Positions 11,166-22,622 of a stretch of 64,000 bases of DNA are shown here, in pieces. The DNA is taken from positions 992,001 through 1,056,000 of the forward strand of contig NC_089430.1 of NCBI RefSeq assembly GCF_026210795.1, in the 5' to 3' direction. The stretch comes from Rhizophagus irregularis (Eukaryota). Every line of letters begins with the position of its first letter. Within the stretch, counting starts at the first letter, position 1. The translations under genes were made by a program, and so were the position numbers. The notes below the pieces were generated by a model. It was not told the DNA's origin. It saw only the letters and a list, made by a program, of their open reading frames with translations, and searched no databases.

Positions 11166-11963
11166 ATGTCGACATCAACACCAATTCCAGTTTATACTCC
11201 TTCAGAACCTACTGGACCGCCTCCTGCACACTTGGTCAATGAAAAAGACGATGATGAATTAGTTAGAATACTAAAGGCTCATGCAAATTTATTGACTACC
11301 AGGGGTCGTTTAACTGTTGATTCAGAGATACAGGAGGCAAATAATCAAATCAAACATATTATTAATATATTAATGTATCGCTGTAAAGCAAAACATGAAG
11401 AACTTGGTATTACAAAAGATTTGTTAGTTTTTGCACAAGGTAAGATAAATGCATTTGATGAAACGTTTACTAATTTAGAACGTCAATTAGTTATTATACG
11501 TGCTGCCAATGATAATTTCATAGAAGAAAACCATAACCTGCAAAGAGATTATGATACTATGGTAGAGCTTCGTCGACGGGCTATAGGTGAACGTAATCAG
11601 GCACGACATGAACGTAATGTATTACAAGCAGATTATACTCAAGCAGTAAGGGATCGTAATGAGGCTCAAAATGCTGTGAATCGTGGTAATATCCTTTTAA
11701 ATCATTGGCGGCTGAGGGCTACTCGGACTGGAGGATAACTTGTATTGGTTAATGCGCAACTTGGACAGGTTAATGCACAGCTAGCACATGCTAATAATAG
11801 GGTGCGTTTTGGGATTCAGACATTAGGGAGACTTAGAAATAGACTTTTCCAACAGATAGCTGCTCTTAGAATTCAGGTACAATGGTTTCGAATTAGACAA
11901 TTGAACCCTCCTCCACCTATATTAAACAATCCACTAGAGACGATATGGCTACCACTGCGATAG
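11166..11963 (+). pseudogene. Coiled-coil protein upstream of gag (one premature stop at 11736)
   Basis: Two in-frame ORFs separated by TAA, where copy 2 has CAA. Heptad-like sequence. Overlaps the gag start by 19 nt. Confidence 0.7.
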
Positions 11964-13375
11964 GATTGCCGATTTTTGAGGGTAAAGCTACTGATGATAT
12001 TGATACATTTGTTAGGCTTTATATGGGTTATCTTGATACTATTAATCTTAACCCATATGCTGCTGGAGGGCCACCAGAGTCTTGGAAAAGAGCTATGGGT
12101 ATACTTAGAAGCTGCATGGCTGGTGAAGCGGCTGAATGGTTTGATCGAGAAATTACAGGAAAAAATTGGGAACTTTCTGGTATCACTTCAGCTGGTGGAG
12201 CTAATTTAGCTGCTTTTGTAGCATTAGTAATACCAGAAGCTGCAGGAGGACCAAATGCAGGTACCTATGTAAATGGGTCTGAAGCACAAATCTATTCAAG
12301 AGATCCAGTTAATGCATTAGTAACTATTAGAGCAGCATTTATTCCTACTCATGATTTAATGGGTGGAGATGAAGCTTGGAAAAGAGCTGGTGCTCGTTTG
12401 ACAGATAGAGCTGCTCCGGCTACTGCAGATGCTGGTGTTGCTGTTAATAATAATCATCCTATAGTTTTTCCAGGTATTAAACCTAATCAGGCACTTTATT
12501 GGCTTAGAACACAATTTCCAACTGTTTTAGATGAAAAGAAACGTATCCGTTTTAACAGTCTTTACCAGGAAAATGAGCCAGTTGATGCATTTTATAGAAC
12601 TGTAAAGAGGGCTGGAAAATTATTAAGACTAACTGATGATCTTATTATCGACCAGTTCTTTAGAGGTCTTTCGGCTGATAATATTTTTGAAGCAGAAAGG
12701 TTTCACAATCTTAATCCTGATGACTTGGTTAAACATCTGAGAAATTTAAAACGGAGAAGGGCTGAAATGCGCTTGGGGTTACAAGATAGAAATCGGCGAC
12801 TTTGAGCAGATTACAGTAATGCAACTCAACCTCCATTAGGAAAACAGGAACCTGTCGTACTGACATCAAAGTCAACTGAGGTTACTCAAGAACAATTACA
12901 AGAGTTGCTTAAGGCTCAGGCTGAAGAACTTACCAAGAATTTTCAGGTGCAATTTAAACAATTACAGGCTCGGCCAGTTCGTAATCCACCAGTCTATAGA
13001 CAGCAGATTAAACCTGTTCGACCAAAACCACAGAGACGTGTTATTCAGGATCCTCAGGATCCTGATTGGGATGATGGTTATGTAGATCATGATGTTGGTG
13101 ATGATCCTGATGCTCCTGAGTGGACTTTGGATGATCATCAAAATGCTATTGATCTTATTATGGGATATAAACGTGGGACGTCTAAAATACTTACAAAACA
13201 ACTTCAGAAGGCTAAAGATAGACGTGATGATCTGGATTTGGCCTGAGCAATGAGAAACCTCGATCTTAATGATGATGCTATGGACATTGATACTGCGAGT
13301 TTTGGTGAAAAGGTAGAATTGAGAGAAAAAGATGGTGATGTCTATATGGTTCGTGTTGGGTCAAAAAAAAAGTAG
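11945..13375 (+). pseudogene. Ty3/retrotransposon Gag-like capsid protein (two premature stops)
   Basis: LPIFEGKATDDIDTF..., MAGEAAEWF, LYQENEPVDAFY and QFFRGL parallel the gypsy Gag at 55772 (IEPFSGKEDED, LRGAASDWY, LRQGSNETVDDY, MFLFGL). Stops at 12803 and 13244 are sense codons in copy 2. Confidence 0.8.
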
Positions 13376-14112
13376 GTTCGAGTATCTCAAAACTTCTTAA
13401 GTCGTCCCCAAATAAGACAGCAGTTAGCTCTTCTAGTGTGCCATTGAAAGGCAAAGCAACCCCTGTTAAGATTCCTGTGAAAGTTACTGGTAGTAAGTCT
13501 ACACCTGCAAAAGCTGTTACTAAGAATGACTTATTAAGCCTGTTAAGGTCTGCAGACTTTAGGAAATTACTCCGTGAGATTCTTCAGGAGGAGTTATTGT
13601 CTGCTAGAAAAGTCACAGAGATTCCGGAGGACCTAGTTGAGGAGGAACAAGAAGAGGATATCAGGGTAGACGATCCTATGGATATTGACATAGCTCGTTT
13701 AGAGAATACTAAAGATCTTTTAGCACTGGATGGGGAGGTTAATGGAATAGCAATTCAGTGTTTAGCAGACACTTGTGCTAATGCGTCTTTTATTCAGAGA
13801 GAAGCTACTGAGGAATTAGGGTTGGATATCGACAAGAGTATTACATACAACATATTTGGTGCTTCAGGAACAGGTAGGACATTCAGCATGGTAAAGGGAG
13901 TGTTAATCAAACTTACCCCTGATTATGCTATCACTGAGGATCTTGCAGTCTTAAGTGGTTACAAGCATAGGGAAATTGGGTTAAGCCGAACGTGTCTGAA
14001 ACGTTACAATTATAATATCCATGAATCACGTAAACATATAGCCTTTACCTGTGATGGGAAGAATGTTTTTATCCCGATAGTTCCTGATGCTAATCGAGAG
14101 GATAAAAAATAA
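13372..14112 (+). CDS. Retropepsin-like aspartic protease (-1 frame relative to gag)
   Basis: GEVNGIAIQCLADTCANASFIQREATEELGL, with a C-terminal EIGLSRTCL in place of ILGxD. Frame opens at the A9 run at the gag end. Confidence 0.8.
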   Translation, partial: VGSSISKLLKSSPNKTAVSSSSVPLKGKATPVKIPVKVTGSKSTPAKAVTKNDLLSLLRSADFRKLLREILQEELLSARKVTEIPEDLVEEEQEEDIRVDDPMDIDIARLENTKDLLALDGEVNGIAIQCLADTCANASFIQREATEELGLDIDKSITYNIFGASGTGRTFSMVKGVLIKLTPDYAITEDLAVLSGYKHREIGLSRTCLKRYNYNIHESRKHIAFTCDGKNVFIPIVPDANREDKK

Positions 14113-14136
14113 GACCCTTTAATTCTTCTATTTTTT

Positions 14137-15264
14137 TTATTCCCAAAATTTGCAAATTAAGTCAGGGACATCCTCCTTCAATTGGTCAGCAGGTTCCCAA
14201 GTAGCCTCAGTGTCTGGATAGCGCTCCCACTTAACCAAATACTGGTCTTGACCTTTTCTAATGCGATGCCGAAGTATCTGCTCAGGAACAAATCTTTCAG
14301 GTTGTCCTCTTATCACAGAGTCAGGTGGAGGCTTTTCATTAATAGGAACTACTTGCAATTCCTTTCGGGTATATGCACATCTGGATACACCTAATCGACC
14401 ATGTGGTCCATTAAGGAGATATGTAGGAGGCTGTTCGGGTGAGAGTATCATTTTTTTGATTACACGAATGTTTGGGTTCCATCTTATGTCTCCTGTACGG
14501 AATTTTCCGTGAAGTTTATTACCAAGTACTGAGATAGGTTCATCTAACTTGACTCTGACACGTGCTCCTTCAGAGAGGAGATCCGTCTTTTTTGACACTT
14601 TGGGTGACCCTGTCGGAATGTCTGGGGGATTTCTCTGCCAGAGTTCATTTACTTTACTCACTATATTATGGAAATCTTCTGACCATTCCACGGATGTCAC
14701 CCCAATTTTCAACTCCTGTGCTACCATTCGTTTAAGAAGGGGTTCTTGGATGGCTTGGATAGCTCTTTCAGCATAAGATTGCTGTTTATGCCTTCCTGGC
14801 TCTCCGAACCTCATCATTACCCCTAGGCTGTTCAGGAAAAAATCACGTACCTGGTCGTTAGTGAATTCTGATCTGGAGTCTGTCTCCAGTCGGTGTGTTG
14901 GAGGCTTGATACGATTTCTTTTGTAGATTTTGACAAACCCGTTTAGAACTCTATTTGCAGTCTTATCCTTTAGGGGTTCTGCATCAACTCTCTTTCCTGC
15001 AACTTCTACCACTACGAGAAAATAGTGGAATCCTTTGGGGTCAACTGGCATCTCTGCAAGATCTGCCTGATGTGTTGCATTTGGTTTCCATACAATTACC
15101 TTTGGGCGTTCTGTTGACTTCTCCTTTAGGGGCTTTTTGTATAGGTTGTAGTGCTCCTCACCTTTTAGAATTCGTGCTGGTACTCCAGAGAGATTGTAGT
15201 ATTTGTAATAATTCTCTAAATGCGACATATTACGACAAATTAAAGGAATGGTTTTAGACTTCAA
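14137..15264 (-). CDS. Retroviral-like (rve/DDE) integrase with C-terminal chromodomain
   Basis: HQADL, LETDS(G/R)SEF and SYAERAI provide the D,D,E triad. PEQILRHRIRKGQDQYLVKWERYPDTEATWEP is a chromodomain. No HHCC domain seen. Confidence 0.92.
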   Translation of the reverse strand: MKSKTIPLICRNMSHLENYYKYYNLSGVPARILKGEEHYNLYKKPLKEKSTERPKVIVWKPNATHQADLAEMPVDPKGFHYFLVVVEVAGKRVDAEPLKDKTANRVLNGFVKIYKRNRIKPPTHRLETDSRSEFTNDQVRDFFLNSLGVMMRFGEPGRHKQQSYAERAIQAIQEPLLKRMVAQELKIGVTSVEWSEDFHNIVSKVNELWQRNPPDIPTGSPKVSKKTDLLSEGARVRVKLDEPISVLGNKLHGKFRTGDIRWNPNIRVIKKMILSPEQPPTYLLNGPHGRLGVSRCAYTRKELQVVPINEKPPPDSVIRGQPERFVPEQILRHRIRKGQDQYLVKWERYPDTEATWEPADQLKEDVPDLICKFWE

Positions 15265-15272
15265 ATCTTAAA

Positions 15273-15593
15273 ATGACACGTTTTTACTGCCTAAAGTGCA
15301 AGAAGGAAACTGAGACGGCTAGTGAAATACAAGATATGACTACAAATGGGCGTTACCGGCTGCATAATGACTGCACAATTTGTGGTATGCATAAGAATAC
15401 TTTTACTGGAATAGACTGGGTGATCAAGAAGAAGACTAAGGAGAAAAGGAAAGAAACCGCTGCTAAGAGACAGCAGACGGCTTATAATCGGCAATGCAAA
15501 AAACTTGGACAGAAAATCTTAGATTCTGATGACGCGTGTAAACAGTGTATTGATAAATGCCTTAAGGAGGCAAAAAAGAGGAAGACGGATTAG
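15273..15593 (+). CDS. Small zinc-ribbon protein (DUF5679-like) with basic tail
   Basis: FYCLKCKK...TTNGRYRLHxDCTICG pattern. Confidence 0.65.
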   Translation: MTRFYCLKCKKETETASEIQDMTTNGRYRLHNDCTICGMHKNTFTGIDWVIKKKTKEKRKETAAKRQQTAYNRQCKKLGQKILDSDDACKQCIDKCLKEAKKRKTD

Positions 15594-15632
15594 TACTGTC
15601 TTCTAAACTTATCTGGATATGCTCTATTCTCA

Positions 15633-16205
15633 ATACCCATTGTTCAATTACTTATTTTTTCTGACGGGGAAAGTGGCCATAGTTCGGTGGTCATAGTTCG
15701 GCGGTCATAGTTTGGTGTCCCAGGTATGTAGATAAAGGGTGGTCATAGTTCGGCGGTCATAGTTCGGTGGTCATAGTTCGGCGGTCATAGTTCGGTGGCA
15801 TAGTTCGGTGTCTCAGGTAAGTAGATAAAGGGTGGTCATAGCTTAAATCGGGTTTTGGAGCCTGAGGGGCTAACTAAGGTGGCCATAGTATTATCATAAG
15901 TTTTTTGAACTGTGGCCAGTACTATGACCGGATATTCTGTCTGATTTCAGCTTTATTCGCGTTTTTATCCACTTTTTAGTAGTCTGGTCATAGTGGTCAT
16001 AGTGGTCATAGTAGTTTTATATATAAGAAAAAATGGATAAAAAAAAGGAGTTGGAAAGTAGTGTGACCAGCCATGGCCACTGTGGCCATGGTAGTAGTAT
16101 ATATGGGGGATTCCTGATCCCCCGTAGGGGGGATATAGGTACTGCGACGGGTCGTAGACCCGGAGGTGGGTGGTGCTTGCACCTCCCACATCCAGCCTGA
16201 TGACT
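15633..16205. repeat. Right terminal inverted repeat of element 1 with GGTCATAGT-type internal repeats
   Basis: Inner ~37 bp and outer ~100 bp shared with 28580-29048 and the reverse complement of 53682-54153. Confidence 0.8.
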
Positions 16206-17705
16206 GGGAATCCACCACCTATGACAACATCTAAGCAGGATCACATTATATCGACTCTTCCACCCCTATTTCAATTCATAAAGGACACTTACCTCATAGT
16301 AAAAAATCATATAACCGACCTACCTGTTCAAGAATTTTATAGGGTATATACTTCATACTGTGAAACTCATTGCATCTCACCATTATCAAAGATAAACGCT
16401 TCTAGAATCCTATCAAATGAGTTGAGTATAAATAGTAATCGGACTTATATAAATAAAAAGTTAACCCGAGTATATAGCATATCCAGGGAGGATCTTTACA
16501 AGAAATATCTCGGCAAAAAATGGATCCACGAAACAGATGAAATCAATATAGAAGGAATAGATGTAGAAACTCCTGAGAAGCCCGCATCTGATCCAAATGC
16601 CTTGGTGAAATTCTTGGCAAATATATATAATCCAGCTAGTAAATCACAAGTAGATCAAGAGGAAGTGGAGCTAGTTGTTGAGAAACCTGCTGAGGAAAAA
16701 CCCGCTCCTGTTGAAGAAAAACCTACTGAAAAGCAACCAGTTGCTCAAAAGGCTCCTCCACCAGTACCACCTAAACCTGATTACTTGAAGGTAAAACCTG
16801 CACCTGTCATTAAAGAGGATCCTATTCCTGAGGAATCTCCAGCTCCCATAGAGTCAGATACTAATGAAATTATAGACAGTTTCTCAGACTGTTATCTATC
16901 TGATGAGAAACCTGATCAAGAAAATGAACCGCCTGCTGAGGAACCTGCATTTGAAGCTGATGATGACTACGACGTTTTAGATGACTTGCTATCTAACTCA
17001 GATCCTACAACTGCAGACCAAGTTCCTGAGCAACAACCCGAGTCTCCTGCAGAATCTTCAGCAAAATCCAAATCTCTCGCAGATTCCAAATCTTCAACAG
17101 AACCTTTAGTAGAACTGACTCTCAAAGAGCAACCTATCCCAGAACCCAACACAGAACTAGAAGTTGACTGGGATCCTGAACCAAAGGAAGGTACTCGAGC
17201 ACACTGGGCTTGGCATGAAAGGCACCGATGGGATCATAAGCCATGGGTCAAGAATTCAAAGGACCAGGTCTTCAATGATCTCTACAATACAGGTAAGGAT
17301 TTATGGGCTAAGTACCAAAACGCGTCAGATGAGTATGACTGGGAAATACTTGCGTTTGAAGTAGAGGAATGTCCCACAACGCGTATTGAGGACGAGTACC
17401 AGTACTACTTTAGGGAGGTAGTAGACCACTTCAAGGACTGGATCGAATATAATGGGAACTCACCTAAAACACCTAGCCGTAAAGAACTCGCAAATCTAAT
17501 AAGAGTATACAAGGAGGATCGTGATGCCGAGATTATCCCTACTACTTCTGGTTATGAAACTATGAAGATGAATAAAGGTAAGGCACGAGAAATCCCAGAG
17601 GAACATCCAAAAACTGATATGGAACGTGAATGGGAGGCCGCCAATGGAATCATCGATGACTGGGACGAAGAGGATACTGAGGGCGCTATCAACGACATAT
17701 TGTAA
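16206..17705 (+). pseudogene. 3' part of D5-like primase-helicase gene (wHTH + Pro/Glu tail), 5'-truncated by element 1
   Basis: GNPPPMTTSKQDHII...LFQFIKDTY...FYRVYTSYCE resembles the post-SF3-helicase region. The called ORF start lies inside the element 1 TIR. Confidence 0.65.
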
Positions 17706-17789
17706 GTGCTATTTGAGATTATTTCTTTTTTTTTCGTATATATATAGAAAGATATTATTTATAGTTGAAAACAAATCATATACATAAAA

Positions 17790-19646
17790 ATGCAATACTC
17801 AAGAATCGCCCGCACTTTACCAACACGACCTGACATCAAGGAACTTCAGTATTCCGGTACCCGCTTTTCCAGAGGAGCTATTGCCAGACTCAGTCAGACT
17901 CTCCAGGCGCGATTTCCAGATAGAAAGTTCCAGATCCTACTTCCTTATGAAAACTGGAAACCCGGTGGATGAACATCAGGAAACCAACCAGCCAGCCTCT
18001 TCTCACTCTTGGACCACTATGATGAAGTACAACTACCGGATGATGCAGATTCTGATTACTTTGAACGATTCATAATTTATGTGAGACATGCTCCACCGGT
18101 TGCAGGGGGATGCAATGGGGAGCTAAATGATTGCCTGTATGAATGCCTGAAGCATATCTATGGTATATTCTCTAAAATACCTGAGACTATAAAAAAGCCT
18201 GAATATATCAAAAAGGCATTAGGTCTCAATCGTGATGCTCCAGTTCCAGTCTCATATATGGATAAGATTGAACAACTTGCAGGAAGCCTTGCACTTAATA
18301 TTGTAGGGGATTCCACTCAAATTTCCAAGAGCAAATCTGACAGACGTGCAACCCTCATCCTGTCTGAAGGCCACTACTCTCTTGCACTGAATCCTGGAAG
18401 ACTTCACCCTAGTAAATTAGATAGAAAACAAAAGTCTCCCTTTGTTTATCGTGAAGATGGGGTTAATAATGTAGTGACAATATACAATGGTAAGACAGTT
18501 AAGTCTCTTACAGTTGGACAGTTTCAGAAAGGTAAGAACTCTGATAGTTACTCCTTCATCCCTATTGAGAAGAATCGTAAAACTGGAATATATGAAACAC
18601 TTGAGGAAACATACCAGAGGATCCATGAAGAGCGGGATTCCTTTCTACAAGCTACAAAGAAGTTCAGTCTAGGAATCGACTTATCTTACCACAACTGGTC
18701 GTACAAGAGAACTGCTCTCTGGCTTTTTGAACGGTTTAGTGTAAGTGTTCCAGCTAATGATCCTCTTGATCCAGTCGAAGCAGAGTGGATAAGTGATGCA
18801 ATGATGGGAGGTCTTATCTGGGCAGATAATGAATGGAAGGGCTATGGAAGACAATACAACGTGACAAGTTTGTATCCAAGTATTCAGCAATCGAATGCTA
18901 ACTTTCCAATCCAACAAGGTAAGTTTCAAATACTCAAAGACTTTGTAGACCACAGAGGTTATGCCTTGTATGAATTATTTCGTGCTAAGGTAAGTGGTAA
19001 TGACATTCTCTTCTGACATAATAAGAGGGGAGTCTATACATTCATTGACTTACAACGAGCAAAGAAACTTGGTCTTGATATACAGTTAATCCAGGATGGA
19101 AAGCCAAATGCCTTGATATATGACAGAGAAGCAAGAATTCCTGGGACTGTAATATTTGGTGAGTATGTTCACTTTCTCTTCAATATAAAGAACCAGGGTG
19201 GCGTGGCTAGTCGTATTGCAAAGAGAGTTCTCAATACATTATGGGGAGCACTCTGCCAGAGGAAACGCAATTACAAGACACTCACCACAGATCAAACAGA
19301 TCCATTCAAGTTTCCGGAAGGCCACACACTTGACTCCATCATACCAGTAGGATCTGACTAGTGGCAATTCCAATTCACAAACCCAGGTAGTCCCTTCAAG
19401 GGTGAGTATCCTAGGATTGCTCCATTCTTATTAGCACATGGACGGAAGATGACTTCAGAGTTATTAGAACCATATAAGGATAAAGTACGACGCATCCATA
19501 CAGATGGATTTATTCTAGAGGAACAGCCGAGTAGTCCTACACTTATCACTTGTCCAGAAAATGCATCCAAAGCATTGAAAGCTCTCAAGTTTGAAACCGC
19601 AGGATACTGCCATGTGAAAAATGCAAACAAGGTTATCTGGACATGA
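17790..19646 (+). pseudogene. pPolB of element 2, disrupted
   Basis: Same motifs as element 1. In-frame stops at 17970, 19014 and 19359; motif A Asp changed to Asn (YNVTSLYP). Confidence 0.85.
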
Positions 19647-19759
19647 TTGCCAAGAATGCAGTTGGATTTACAGTAGGTATATATATTTTTTCTTGCTTGA
19701 ATGTAAAGTCAATTTGAAGATTCCTATTTATTACAAAGTACAAAAAAGTATAAGGAATC

Positions 19760-20391
19760 ATGTCAACATATGGGGACACGCACAGCAAAACAAGGGGATA
19801 GGATTTAAAAATTTTTTTTTGAGACTTCATTACAACTGTAATTTTTGGATAAATTGGAGCATAATTATCATATAAACTTAAGAAATTTTTTTTTGAGGCT
19901 ATCCCCTTGTTTTGCTGTGCTTATCCCCATATACTGAATTAGCAAGCATTATTAACCGCACTGACAGCATTAGTGATGAAGTTATTTATGATGCATCATG
20001 CAATCAGTTCACTATTGTTTCTGATGAAACTGTCCTCAAGATTATCCATGCATTAAAAGACACTATAGTAGTCACATTAGTATCTGGGTTTAGCAAAACC
20101 AGCTACCTTGTCCAGGATCATGTGAAGTATATCAAGAGAATCCAGACAGCAAAGTCTCCTGTATCATATGTGAAGTTCGTGGCCAGAAAACTCTTTCCAG
20201 ATAATGCAGCATATACTGCTAAGATAGCAAAGATTCGTGAATCATACAAGAATAAACAAGCTCTTTTAAACAAACTTGAGGCCCTCTTCGAGTTGTATTA
20301 TAATGTAACTAAGGACTCATTAACAGGTCCCCCAAAGCAAGCTGTCACTATGAATGAGGCTGAGAAAACCTTAGCAGAACTTCTTGCATAA
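19760..20391 (+). pseudogene. ORF156 homologue interrupted by a MITE
   Basis: Matches 3189-3659 once 19772-19928 is removed. Confidence 0.75.
19772..19928. mobile_element. 157-bp MITE with GGGG...CCCC termini and 4-bp ATAT TSD
   Basis: ~30-bp imperfect TIR (GCACAGCAAAACAAGGGGATAG / CTATCCCCTTGTTTTGCTGTGC). Absent from element 1. Confidence 0.9.
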
Positions 20392-20485
20392 GCGGCTCCC
20401 CGTACGAATTTAGTTTATATTTTTTATCCATTTGTAATGGGCATACAGTAATTGAAGATGGCTATAGTATAAGTAACATAACATC

Positions 20486-20902
20486 ATGTTGGACCGATTA
20501 CCAGTAGAAATAGTTGAACGCATTGTTGCAAAGATCCCAGATACTGACCTTATTGCAGCGAGTAAAGTAGATAGTGTGTGGTGGCAGGAGGTTCGTCAAG
20601 AAGCATATAAGAGATGGAAAAATTACGCTACTACAATTGGGCATGTCCAAGCTCTTGGAAAGCCGTTTGAAAAAGGGAATATTGACTGGATATCATTTGA
20701 AGATGTAAACGACTTCTATAAAAGATGGATAGACCGCCTCACCGAGGATCAGCTTTATATTATGGAGAAAATGCTTAGGAATGGGATGGTTGTGAACCCC
20801 CAGGAAAGGGAAACTATAGAGCATGCATTAAGTGAACATAGATGGGGAGGCGATCCTTGGAGATTGGACTGGAAGTGGAATGATTGGACTCAACAGGAGT
20901 AA
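20486..20902 (+). CDS. F-box-like protein (element 2)
   Basis: Homologue of 3753-4151. Confidence 0.7.
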   Translation: MLDRLPVEIVERIVAKIPDTDLIAASKVDSVWWQEVRQEAYKRWKNYATTIGHVQALGKPFEKGNIDWISFEDVNDFYKRWIDRLTEDQLYIMEKMLRNGMVVNPQERETIEHALSEHRWGGDPWRLDWKWNDWTQQE

Positions 20903-21431
20903 GCATTTTGTACTTGACTTTCGTAGGAATTACCCTGCAGAGTCATATTTTTTAGATCCGGCCGGCATTACCGCGTAATCCCGAATTACCGAAAAAGGAA
21001 ATTTATGTTACACAAGGTTCCAAACGCATTCTTACCAAATCGATTTTTTGTGGAACGGGTATCGCCCAAAAAGGAAATGATCTACGTACCGCATGAAATC
21101 ACGTGACACTCTACACATTTGTTCAGGGTATCACGTGGCATGAACTCCGTTCACATTTTCTGTAATATAATCCATAGTTTTTCCATGAATGCATTCTAGG
21201 CCAATAACCCAGTAACTTATTTATCAGGTATCCTTGCATTTTTTCGACAAGGATTAATGACCATGTAACCTTATCATCAGGTATCCTTGCATTTTTGATA
21301 AGGACTGATGACCATGTAACCTCATCATCAGGTATTCTTGTATTTTTTGATAAGGACTGATGACCATGTCACTTGGTTATTATAAATTGAAGAAAACTAT
21401 TAGATATGTAGACACATACAGAAAAAAAGAC

Positions 21432-22016
21432 ATGTCTTATCCTTATATAGCTAACCCTATAACTGGACGTCCTATTATTATCGGTGGAGATACCTTTAAT
21501 CGAATAGTTATGGAATCCCATGATTATATTGATGGAAGGCTTGTCCGTAGACAAACTGCACCTCCACCTGAAGAGCAACCTGTATATTTAAATACAGATA
21601 CAGGACGTTATGTTCGACGTGGTACTAGAACATATCATAGACTGATTGAGAGTGACGACTATGAGGTAGTTGAGGATTACTACCTTGTCCATTATGAAGA
21701 AGAGGCGCTTATAGAGGAAATCATCAATGAAACACGCTATAATGAGGAAAATCTTGATGGGCAGTGGTTAACTTTCAATGATATACAACAAATCAGGGCC
21801 GCTATTCAGGCTGACCAAGATGAATATGATGATTTTATCTTACAGCAAGATACGACTAACGGGACACCTTCCTCTGGTCCTTCCGGTCATCCACGAACTT
21901 TGGAGGACCATACCCTGAGACTTGCAGAGCTTAATATTGAGTTGTGTAGGGAATGTCTCATGCCTGTAAGCCCAAGTGACTTAACGGACAAGTTGTGCAA
22001 GGACTGCTCCGAATAG
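21432..22016 (+). CDS. NPxTGR-motif protein (element 2)
   Basis: Homologue of 4706-5287; start placed at MSYPY by comparison. Confidence 0.65.
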   Translation: MSYPYIANPITGRPIIIGGDTFNRIVMESHDYIDGRLVRRQTAPPPEEQPVYLNTDTGRYVRRGTRTYHRLIESDDYEVVEDYYLVHYEEEALIEEIINETRYNEENLDGQWLTFNDIQQIRAAIQADQDEYDDFILQQDTTNGTPSSGPSGHPRTLEDHTLRLAELNIELCRECLMPVSPSDLTDKLCKDCSE

Positions 22017-22061
22017 TTACTTAATTTTGAATAATTCTTTTTTACATAAAGAAAGATAGCC

Positions 22062-22622
22062 ATGTCAACATCAATCGTAATAAACCAGTGCCAAAACTGT
22101 GGAGTAATCACTCCAAAAACAGCACATAGAGGATTATCCAGTGTATTATACAGACAGATTATAAAGAAGATTAGTAATGAGAATGACCCTCTACAAGCCT
22201 TGGGACTTGCTAGGGATAAGTTAGTTCAGATCATTCGTCGGGCAAGTAATGTGGATTTTACACAATTGTTTACACAAAGACTGGATATGAAAATTATGGA
22301 TGGAGAGCCATATGAAGATATTAGGAAGTGTCTTCTTGAACAGCTTATAGCCATAGGTTGTGATAGTGGAGAAATTGCCTTATATCAATTTCTAAGGGAT
22401 ACATATCCAGATGGTATCGACGAGCCTTTCAATACATTCTATGAGAACTATGTAAATCATATAAGTAATTCAATGACTAAGAACTTTGCTTCTCGTGCTT
22501 TAGGAGTAATAGGGTTGAAGGCTAAGATGTTAAGGATTGACTTTGAAGGCCGTAAAAAAAGTGCTATGATTCTTAGAGCTTCTGCAGACGAATTACTTGA
22601 TATTCTCACAAGATACTATTAA
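22062..22622 (+). CDS. 186-aa putative wHTH protein (element 2)
   Basis: Homologue of 5333-5893. Confidence 0.7.
   Translation: MSTSIVINQCQNCGVITPKTAHRGLSSVLYRQIIKKISNENDPLQALGLARDKLVQIIRRASNVDFTQLFTQRLDMKIMDGEPYEDIRKCLLEQLIAIGCDSGEIALYQFLRDTYPDGIDEPFNTFYENYVNHISNSMTKNFASRALGVIGLKAKMLRIDFEGRKKSAMILRASADELLDILTRYY

Larger units (their letters stand above)
1..16205 (+). mobile_element. Polinton/Maverick-like element 1 (left part outside window; degenerate)
   Basis: Intronless cluster of PolB, A32-like ATPase, rve-type integrase with chromodomain and helicase tail, collinear with 16206-29048. Ends in a terminal repeat (...ACATCCAGCCTGATGACT) shared with 29048 and, inverted, with 53682. Confidence 0.85.

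Noticed and set aside
11945..15264. gag-protease-integrase read as a decayed chromovirus LTR retrotransposon
   Set aside because: The integrase is on the opposite strand and lacks HHCC. There is no RT/RNase H, LTR, PBS or TSD, and the layout is identical in both Polinton-like copies.
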